Assembly (NCBI RefSeq): GCF_018398935.1
Contig: NZ_CP074694.1
Location: 5,670,001-5,702,000 of the forward strand
DNA length: 32,000 nucleotides
Direction: 5' to 3'
Origin: Telmatocola sphagniphila
GTDB lineage: Bacteria > Planctomycetota > Planctomycetia > Gemmatales > Gemmataceae
Shown here: positions 26,177-32,000 of the stretch, piece by piece
Numbering within the stretch: position 1 is the stretch's first letter
How the letters are laid out: each line of letters starts with the position of its first letter
Notes under the pieces: model-generated
Told to the model about the DNA's origin: nothing
The model's database searches: none
The model's input: the letters and a program-made list of their open reading frames with translations, nothing else
Position numbers and translations under genes: made by a program

Positions 26177-27084
26177 CAGGCAAGTTGTTCGGTTTTCGCT
26201 TTCTGCAGTTCGTGCAGATAGGCGGCGGCTTTTTCAGCCTGGGCGGCGGCGTTGAAGATGGCTTTCTTGTCTTCTTTCAAAACCTTCAGCCAGCAAGCTA
26301 GATAACTGGCATGGTCTTCCCGAGGCTCAGCTGTGATACCCAAATCGGAACAAAGGAAGGCGGCTCCGATCTCGGCTATGAGTTCTTCCCGGGCATACCC
26401 GGTATCTCCGAATCGTTTCGAATCAAAATTCCGATTCAGGCGGCTCTCGGCTTTGGTCCAGTGGGTGAGCTCATGCAGCAACGTGCTGTAATAGCTTTCT
26501 CGATCCTCGAAGGTTTCAAAGTTGGGCATCTGTACCAGGTCTTCGCTGGGGCGGTAATAAGCTTGGCTGCCACCGTGGCGGATGGTCGCTCCAGTTCCTC
26601 GGGCAAAAGCTTCGGCATTTTCCAAACGTTCTTGGATGTTTAACACGTTCGGCTCTACCTTGGTGAACTTCTCCGGTAATCCTTCGATCTGCTCGGCGTT
26701 GAACACCGTATAGGATTTCAGGAACGGGATATCCCGTTCCAATTCCTGGCCGTTTTCGTCTTCTTCGGTTTTGGTGAAACTGGAGGCATAGACCACCGTG
26801 GAACCATGTTCGCCTTTCTTAACGAAGGCGTTCATTTCCTTGGCTTGATTAAAAGTCATCCACCAGGGGGAATTGAAGCCCTTGGTTTCGGCATCGATCC
26901 AGAGCATTAACACATTTACCCCTCGGTAGGGTTGGCCATTGGAACGCAAGGGACGGCAAACGGGTCCGTCGGCATGTTTGGCTTTCCAGGGTTGATGCCA
27001 GGGGCGGGTTCCTGCCTCGAGCAAGGCCACAATCTTTTCGGTCACGCGGGTGTAGACATCGGGTTTGCTGTTCGGGGTCGTCAT
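26176..27084 (-). CDS. ardC: ArdC-type antirestriction protein (N-terminal ssDNA-binding domain plus zincin metalloprotease)
   Basis: N-terminal ArdC/DUF1738 signature (ITEKIVALLEAGTRPWHQPW...RPLRSNGQPYRGVNVLML) and a C-terminal HExxH (YYSTLLHELTHWT). Confidence 0.9.
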   Translation of the reverse strand: MTTPNSKPDVYTRVTEKIVALLEAGTRPWHQPWKAKHADGPVCRPLRSNGQPYRGVNVLMLWIDAETKGFNSPWWMTFNQAKEMNAFVKKGEHGSTVVYASSFTKTEEDENGQELERDIPFLKSYTVFNAEQIEGLPEKFTKVEPNVLNIQERLENAEAFARGTGATIRHGGSQAYYRPSEDLVQMPNFETFEDRESYYSTLLHELTHWTKAESRLNRNFDSKRFGDTGYAREELIAEIGAAFLCSDLGITAEPREDHASYLACWLKVLKEDKKAIFNAAAQAEKAAAYLHELQKAKTEQLA

Positions 27085-27111
27085 GGTCTTTACCTCTCTT
27101 CAAATTGAGTT

Positions 27112-27147
27112 TTCCGGTTTGAATGCAGAGCGCATTCAAAACCGGAA
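27112..27147. promoter_or_regulatory. Imperfect 15-bp inverted repeat upstream of ardC
   Basis: ttccggtttgaatgc ...gcattcaaaaccggaa (one extra A) lies 28 nt upstream of the ardC start, next to its SD. It could be an operator or an RNA hairpin. Confidence 0.45.
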
Positions 27148-27345
27148 CGAAGAGAAGGACTTCTAAAATGGGGGAGCGATTGTCATAGGACAGGGTCGGG
27201 GAGGGGTCCCGTCTGCACAAATGCAGCGCAGCGGAATGCGGAAGATGGGGAGGGGCCGCGACCCTGCCGGAGGGCATCCTTGATCAATCGCGGGGGAAAC
27301 CCCCTGTATTCAATTCAAGAAAGAATTCCTTCTGAGTTGACTCAC

Positions 27346-27537
27346 TCAGCCGGAAGAAATGTTTTTCCCTTTTCGCCGGTTACGGCGAGCCAACTCGTCT
27401 TCATAGAGCTGATAAGCCCGTTGCCGGGTCACTTCACTCTTCGGCCAATCTTGCCCACGTCGAGCTTGCTCGACGAAGGCCGACCAAGCACAGCCGTGAA
27501 AAAGATCGTCCCAGATTTCATCATCTATGGGGAGCAT
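27346..27537 (-). CDS. Hypothetical small protein (63 aa), acidic N-terminus and basic tail
   Basis: ATG preceded by a ggagg SD, with the start 3 nt after the upstream gene's stop. Part of the packed minus-strand operon. Confidence 0.6.
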   Translation of the reverse strand: MLPIDDEIWDDLFHGCAWSAFVEQARRGQDWPKSEVTRQRAYQLYEDELARRNRRKGKNISSG

Positions 27538-27540
27538 GGT

Positions 27541-27981
27541 CTACCTCCGTTCTTTCGGTTGTTTACGGGAGGAGTAGCTCCGACCAGTGATCTTGGCAAA
27601 GACTTCCTCGGCATGGCGGCGAGTACCAAAATCGCCGATCGCCTGGACACCTTCGCCGGTGATATGGCCGTAAAGCGTCCAGAAATCGGCTTCGAATCCT
27701 TCGCACGGCTCGACATAAGAGCGATCCGGTTCATCCTCCAGGATGTAGCGTCGACAGGGTTGGATTTCGTAATCATCGAAGCGGGTCAAGAGGTTGTTAT
27801 TCGACACTGAAGGCGTGAAGCCCGTTTTCGCACCGGCCTCGAACGCGGCGAGGAGAGCATTCTTGATTCCCCAGACAGACACCTCATGGAAATCGAGGGC
27901 ATCACTCATCCGAGTTTGGAGCGTGCGGACCTGCAGATGTTTACTGGCGATATCGGTTAATAATTCATCGAGAGTTGTCAT
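27541..27981 (-). CDS. Conserved-looking hypothetical protein (146 aa) of conjugative-element type
   Basis: The start is set at ATG 27981 (aaagga SD, 7-nt spacer), 25 nt after the methyltransferase stop. The N-terminal block LQTRMSDALDFHEVSVWGIKNALLAAFEAG resembles an uncharacterised plasmid/ICE family I recall but cannot name with certainty. Confidence 0.6.
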   Translation of the reverse strand: MTTLDELLTDIASKHLQVRTLQTRMSDALDFHEVSVWGIKNALLAAFEAGAKTGFTPSVSNNNLLTRFDDYEIQPCRRYILEDEPDRSYVEPCEGFEADFWTLYGHITGEGVQAIGDFGTRRHAEEVFAKITGRSYSSRKQPKERR

Positions 27982-28006
27982 AGCGGATTCCTTTCCAGTG
28001 GGTTGA

Positions 28007-28759
28007 TTACGGGCGTTCAAGAATGGTGCAGACATCGTGCAGTCCGGGGATGAAGCTGCTTCGGTAGACTTTCCTGCCACTGCTGGCCCCGTGCGAAAAG
28101 CGAATGATGTCAGTACCATGCTGGCGAAGTCCAGCGGCAAAAGCCAATCGCTTGGTATGGTAGGTGAGGGGCAGAAAGCCAAAGTCTCGGTCGGAGTAAT
28201 CTCCCATCAGGATTGCCAGCTTGCCGGAATTGGTCAGGCTGGCGGCACAGTTGCGGATGAACTGGCCGTACCGTTTCAGGAAATGCTCCGGAGTGGGCGA
28301 GCGAGATAGATCTTTAGGATCTTCGGCATAGAGCTTCTGCCGATAGTATGGAGGATGGGCCCAGATAAAATCGAAGGTATTGTCCGAGCCGAATCCTTGC
28401 GGATCGCAGGCATCAATCCCCCGGTGAATATCCCAGGCGATACAGGGGATGCCAAGTTCTTGGCAGACATCGGAACAGGTTCCGCTGCCACTCATGGGAT
28501 CCAAAACCAATCCCTGAGGTTTGAAATAGAGCAGCAGATCTTTAATCAGATTGCCGCCGCAGTTGCCCGGCCATTGGCGGTCCCCGTATTCTCCTGCCCG
28601 GTGAAAATGATACAGGCTAGTTAAGTGCGGCACCGGACTGGCATTGCGGGGAGCCCGAGGCAACCGAGCATAGATCGGTTCCAGGGATGGGGAAGGGACG
28701 CCCGTACGCTGATTTCGAGCGGCATAGAAGGGATTGATGAGAGTGGGCGAAGAGTTCAT
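28007..28759 (-). CDS. Orphan DNA (amino-)methyltransferase with atypical HPPY catalytic tetrapeptide
   Basis: SAM motif I VLDPMSGSGT (aa 85-94) precedes motif IV WAHPPYY (H135-Y138, nt 28346-28357). No restriction endonuclease gene is adjacent. Confidence 0.8.
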   Translation of the reverse strand: MNSSPTLINPFYAARNQRTGVPSPSLEPIYARLPRAPRNASPVPHLTSLYHFHRAGEYGDRQWPGNCGGNLIKDLLLYFKPQGLVLDPMSGSGTCSDVCQELGIPCIAWDIHRGIDACDPQGFGSDNTFDFIWAHPPYYRQKLYAEDPKDLSRSPTPEHFLKRYGQFIRNCAASLTNSGKLAILMGDYSDRDFGFLPLTYHTKRLAFAAGLRQHGTDIIRFSHGASSGRKVYRSSFIPGLHDVCTILERP

Positions 28760-28761
28760 GG

Positions 28762-29026
28762 TCAGTGGTTCCTTTCGTTGGTGGTTTGACGGTGGATGAG
28801 TGTTCGCAAAGCGGGTTCGTACCGGTCGCCTCGCCAGGAGTTAACCCCCGAAGGCGATATTCCCCAGAGCGAGCTTATCAAGGTTGAAGACCGCCACATG
28901 ATGGGATTGTTCGAAAACAATGCCGAGCATCCGTCCTTCGTCTGGATCGCGGAAGATCAAAACGTGGAACGGAGCTCCGGAGATACCATTGCGATGATAT
29001 TGCAGGGATTCGAGAATCAGGTTCAT
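28762..29026 (-). pseudogene. Small conserved-looking gene split by a +1 frameshift in a 5-nt homopolymer
   Basis: The 61-aa ORF (28841-29026, aggagg SD) stops right after a G5 run (C5 on the + strand, 28845-28849). Removing one G continues it as GVNSWRGDRYEPALRTLIHRQTTNERNH and ends it at TGA 28762-28764, 2 nt before the methyltransferase ATG. Confidence 0.6.
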
Positions 29027-29035
29027 GGTCGCCTC

Positions 29036-29272
29036 CTACGCTTCGCTTTCCGGGTCTTCACCGAATAACGAGAGAGCGGCCGCCTCAAGCGTTTCCCAGG
29101 AAATACCGAAGTTGCAATCATATTGTTTGCGGACGAGTTGCAGCACGTCCCAGGCCTCGTATACATCGAGGTCGGGACGCACTTCGTGAACATCTTCGGC
29201 TGACCAGACAATGGCGATCTGTTTGTGTTCGGCCAGGAGGGCGTGAATATCAAGGTTTTGAGTGCAGCTCAT
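29036..29272 (-). CDS. Small highly acidic protein (78 aa; 16 D/E vs 4 K/R)
   Basis: aaagga SD. Its stop lies 9 nt before the next start. Composition was counted directly from the translation. Confidence 0.65.
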   Translation of the reverse strand: MSCTQNLDIHALLAEHKQIAIVWSAEDVHEVRPDLDVYEAWDVLQLVRKQYDCNFGISWETLEAAALSLFGEDPESEA

Positions 29273-29289
29273 GGAGAAATCCTTTCTGA

Positions 29290-29448
29290 TTAGTTGTGGT
29301 TGAGGGAAAAGCGGAGTTCTGCAAATTCACGTTCGAGATCGTCGTAGACGGCATCGAATTCGGGATCGCATCCAGCCGGGTGGCCTTCGAGAATCGAGGT
29401 TAATTCGAGGAAGCGTGTGGAATCGAATTTTTGAGAAGTGAATTGCAT
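29290..29448 (-). CDS. Small acidic protein (52 aa), not in the ORF track
   Basis: ATG at 29448 with an aaagga SD 9 nt upstream. The peptide is MQFTSQKFDSTRFLELTSILEGHPAGCDPEFDAVYDDLEREFAELRFSLNHN (11 D/E vs 4 K/R). Its stop lies 17 nt before the next gene's start. Confidence 0.5.
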   Translation of the reverse strand: MQFTSQKFDSTRFLELTSILEGHPAGCDPEFDAVYDDLEREFAELRFSLNHN

Positions 29449-29470
29449 GGTACGGGTTCCTTTCGAAGGG

Positions 29471-29490
29471 GGGCGGCCTTGCGGCCGCCC
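29471..29490 (-). promoter_or_regulatory. GC-rich 8-bp hairpin with GNRA-type loop between the DUF736 gene and downstream ORFs
   Basis: The minus strand reads gggcggcc-gcaa-ggccgccc. No U-run follows, so it is more likely a stabiliser or processing element than a terminator. Confidence 0.35.
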
Positions 29491-29499
29491 GAGGGTTGA

Positions 29500-29706
29500 T
29501 TATTTCTGTTCGGTGGCGACGCGGAGTTGAATGCGTCCATCCAAGGGTGCGACTTCGAGTTGGATATTGAAGCCTTTGTTGTCTTTATGAGCCCAGGCGA
29601 CTCCGATTTTCGTCCAGAAACCTTTGTCTTTGCCTTCGCGGACGTGGTAGGCGATGTGGGTGGGGGCTTTGCTGTTGGAATTGGAAGTTTCGGTGTTATT
29701 GGACAT
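29500..29706 (-). CDS. DUF736 family protein
   Basis: The 68-aa product (...HIAYHVREGKDKGFWTKIGVAWAHKDNKGFNIQLEVAPLDGRIQLR) matches the DUF736 pattern common on conjugative plasmids and ICEs. Strong aaggag SD. Confidence 0.85.
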   Translation of the reverse strand: MSNNTETSNSNSKAPTHIAYHVREGKDKGFWTKIGVAWAHKDNKGFNIQLEVAPLDGRIQLRVATEQK

Positions 29707-30479
29707 GGTCTTTCTCCTTCTTTCGTTTCCGGCCTCACCATGAGGCCTTATGGCATACGACCAGAAGCAGCCTCAGACGGGAGTTCTTACGCCCGGTCCA
29801 GCGGAATCACGGAAAGGGGCCCTTTAGGGAATAAACCGTTATTCTGCTTGACCGGCCCGTCGGCTGCTTCAAGTTGCCATTAATAAGGCCGTGTGGGGGC
29901 GGAATAGAGAGTTCTGGAGAAAGTGTCTCAAAACATCGATCCACGATGATGGACAGAAAAGCCTTCTGCAATCCCTTCTGAAGTCCGAGAAATGTGTAGT
30001 TGTCTGGAATCGGCGGGGTGTGTTGGAAAGCTGATCGCAAAGTCGGCAAGTCCGACAGGAAATTGCTCGCGCTGGACGCGGAATCGAAGTGACACAAATG
30101 GAATCAACACTAAGCGGACGCAAGGCCTCCCCCCTCGACGCTTCGCAACCCGGGCCAGCTACGCGTGCTCGGGGGGAAGGTTAGGACAAACACCCTCCGA
30201 TTGGGAATCAAATCGTTTCCCTAGGATGACCATACCTTAGAGGTGCTAAAAAACCTCGGTTTTAAGAGGTTTTCAATGGACAATTGATGGTTTTGTGAGG
30301 ACCTCTAAGTAAATATCGGGATACTCTTGTCCATAGCAATGTTGCAACTCCTCGATGCCCAGTCAGGAGATTTGGATAAATTTACCCATAGTATCCATGT
30401 AAATTATCATCCTGAATTTGCTTTACACTTTGCAAAAATCTTGTTTTAATAAAGCTACCTTTTGACGAGGGACTGAAAG

Positions 30480-32000
30480 TTGCCTGATGAAATTCCAGTA
30501 TCGTCGCCTCCGCCCAATCCAATCCATTTAAGCTCAGATGTTGCCGAGGGAAATCGGGACTCGAAAGGTCCGGATTTCGAGTCTACCCCGATTGAAAGTG
30601 GCAAAACAGCATCAACCAGAGCATACCCCGCGGGACTCGCTTCGGAAGCGCCGAATTCCGATTTGATCAATGGAAGCCCCACTGGCGAATTGGTTACGCC
30701 TGATTCTAAGCTTCCCAAGTACAAATCGATTGACAGTCGAGATATTCCAACGATTGAAGGATTTAGAAATTTAGAACTGATCGATCAGGGGGGAATGGGA
30801 GTAGTTTACGAAGGCTACGATTCGCTCGGTCGGCGAGTCGCCATTAAAATGATACGTGCCTCGCGGATGAGCGAGACAAGTTTAACTCGGTTCCGCGAAG
30901 AAGCGGAAGCCATGGCTCACCTAGAACACCCTAACATTGCACCGGTTCTGAATTATGGCTCGGTCAATGGTTGCCCTTATTACGTGATGAAATACTTCAG
31001 TGGAGGAAGCCTCGCTAAACGGATGGAGGAATTCCGCAAAGATCCTCGAAAATCCCTGGTCTTGATTGCGAAAATTGCCAAAGCAGTTGAATTTTTGCAT
31101 TCCAAAGGGCATTTGCATCGCGATATCAAACCGCAGAATATCCTTCTGGACGAGAAGGACGAACCCTACTTGAGTGACTTCGGCCTAGTCAAACGCCAAT
31201 CCGAGGATTTGCGGCAAGTTAGCGATTCGATTTCTGCTGAATTCCCAGCTTCTAAGAATCCAGACCCAAGCTCGCGAGAGAACGAATTTCGCGATTATTT
31301 TACGTTAGCTGGGCAGTTTGTTGGCACTCCTGGGTATTCATGTCCCGAACAGTCAAAAGGTCAACTCGAGGCGGCCGGGCCACTTTGGGACATCTGGTCC
31401 TTGGGCGCGGTGCTCTATGAGCTTTTGACAGACCGAAAGCCATTCCTTTTTAAATCGAGTAAAGAATACAGTGAAATCATCAGTCAGCAGGATGTTAAAG
31501 CCCCGATTGAAATTAACCGCTCGATAGACAAACGAATCAACAAACTTGTGGTTAGTTGTTTGGCTCGGGAACCCAGTAAGCGGTTGCAAAGCGCTGAGAA
31601 GATTCACGAACAAATCATGAGAGTGGTCCACCCTCCCAAACGAGGCGTCTGGATCTTTTTGGTGCCAATCTTTGCGATTGCTTTCGTCGCTTCATTCATG
31701 CCCTGGAAATCGACTCCCGAACAGATAGAAGCCAGATTACAAGCTGCCGCAAGCAAGAAATTGCTGACCGGACAGCCCGTTGAGATCGTGAGTCCCACCG
31801 GAGAGGAGAAAGTTCCGCTCATTGTGGCTTCTCCGAAAGAGTACAGCCGAAAATATATCCATCAAGGCATGATTTACCTGGAGTCCGACTCCTCTTGTCT
31901 CGTAGACTGCATACGGTCGGTACCCGTGCCTAATTTCAGCTTTCAATTCGATTTTTATCTAAATTCCAAACCTGCCGAAGACACGATGGTAGGAATTTAT
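30480..32000 (+). CDS. Membrane Ser/Thr protein kinase (Hanks-type), 3'-partial at the window edge
   Basis: Not in the ORF track because no stop falls inside the window. The frame is open from 30477 to 32000. TTG at 30480 follows a gaggga SD. Motifs: GGMGVVY, VAIKM, HRDIKPQNILLD (31116-), DFG (31176-31184) and GTPGYSCPE. A TM helix VWIFLVPIFAIAFVASF follows, then an extracytoplasmic region. Confidence 0.9.
   Translation, partial: MPDEIPVSSPPPNPIHLSSDVAEGNRDSKGPDFESTPIESGKTASTRAYPAGLASEAPNSDLINGSPTGELVTPDSKLPKYKSIDSRDIPTIEGFRNLELIDQGGMGVVYEGYDSLGRRVAIKMIRASRMSETSLTRFREEAEAMAHLEHPNIAPVLNYGSVNGCPYYVMKYFSGGSLAKRMEEFRKDPRKSLVLIAKIAKAVEFLHSKGHLHRDIKPQNILLDEKDEPYLSDFGLVKRQSEDLRQVSDSISAEFPASKNPDPSSRENEFRDYFTLAGQFVGTPGYSCPEQSKGQLEAAGPLWDIWSLGAVLYELLTDRKPFLFKSSKEYSEIISQQDVKAPIEINRSIDKRINKLVVSCLAREPSKRLQSAEKIHEQIMRVVHPPKRGVWIFLVPIFAIAFVASFMPWKSTPEQIEARLQAAASKKLLTGQPVEIVSPTGEEKVPLIVASPKEYSRKYIHQGMIYLESDSSCLVDCIRSVPVPNFSFQFDFYLNSKPAEDTMVGIY

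Noticed and set aside
26849-27277. 142-aa minus-strand ORF spanning the ardC upstream spacer and the ardC 5' end
   Set aside because: It is out of frame with ardC and overlaps it by about 235 nt. It runs through the hairpin-rich spacer and has no SD.
27982-28182. 67-codon N-terminal extension of ORF 27541-28182, overlapping the methyltransferase gene by 176 nt
   Set aside because: The internal ATG 27981 has a good SD and starts 25 nt after the methyltransferase stop. The extension is Pro/Ser/Ala-rich shadow sequence.
28796-29068. 90-aa plus-strand ORF
   Set aside because: It is antisense to the minus-strand operon genes, which have strong SDs and tight coupling. This ORF has no SD.

Overview
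This window reads as the maintenance region plus accessory cargo of a plasmid-like replicon. The host is probably Planctomycetota: there is a TIGR02996-type N-terminus, a DUF1559-like tail motif, an ECF sigma/anti-sigma pair and a membrane Ser/Thr kinase. That call is low confidence and made by eye.

Backbone:
- A replication-initiator-protein-A type Rep (19422-20330) followed by 14-bp iterons spaced 22-24 bp, an AT-rich stretch and a DnaA-box-like 9-mer.
- A parA / ribbon-helix-helix partner pair (21021-22030).
- A roughly 300-bp upstream region packed with 15 CATG cores, a likely centromere/operator.

Cargo, in order:
1. A high-GC block with a MIDAS-vWA protein, an unknown 299-aa protein and a divergent DnaN/beta-clamp-like protein (20-3515).
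2. A Rieske oxygenase and membrane SAM-methyltransferase pair, translationally coupled, with a divergent TetR gene (4062-6571).
3. A visibly lower-GC island with two lipoproteins (one LRR, one DUF1559-like), flanked by recombinase/HTH debris and a 130-bp inverted-repeat element (6628-9991).
4. The candidate I rate highest as a possible undescribed system: a 378-aa protein with an RNxxxH (HEPN-type) motif, then a 1701-aa DUF4011 / UPF1-like SF1 helicase with a C-terminal Vsr/DUF559-like endonuclease fold, then a coupled 48-aa mini-ORF (11494-18384). A transposase remnant lies between the first two genes.
5. An ECF sigma / anti-sigma pair (23399-25548).
6. A tightly packed minus-strand operon resembling a conjugative leading-region anti-defence island (26176-29706). 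It contains DUF736, several small acidic ORFs (one absent from the ORF track, one split by a frameshift in a 5-nt homopolymer), an orphan DNA methyltransferase with an atypical HPPY tetrapeptide, and ArdC.
7. A Ser/Thr kinase that runs off the 3' edge and is also absent from the ORF track.

No rRNA gene, intact tRNA or CRISPR array was found. All family assignments come from motif recognition by eye; no searches were run.
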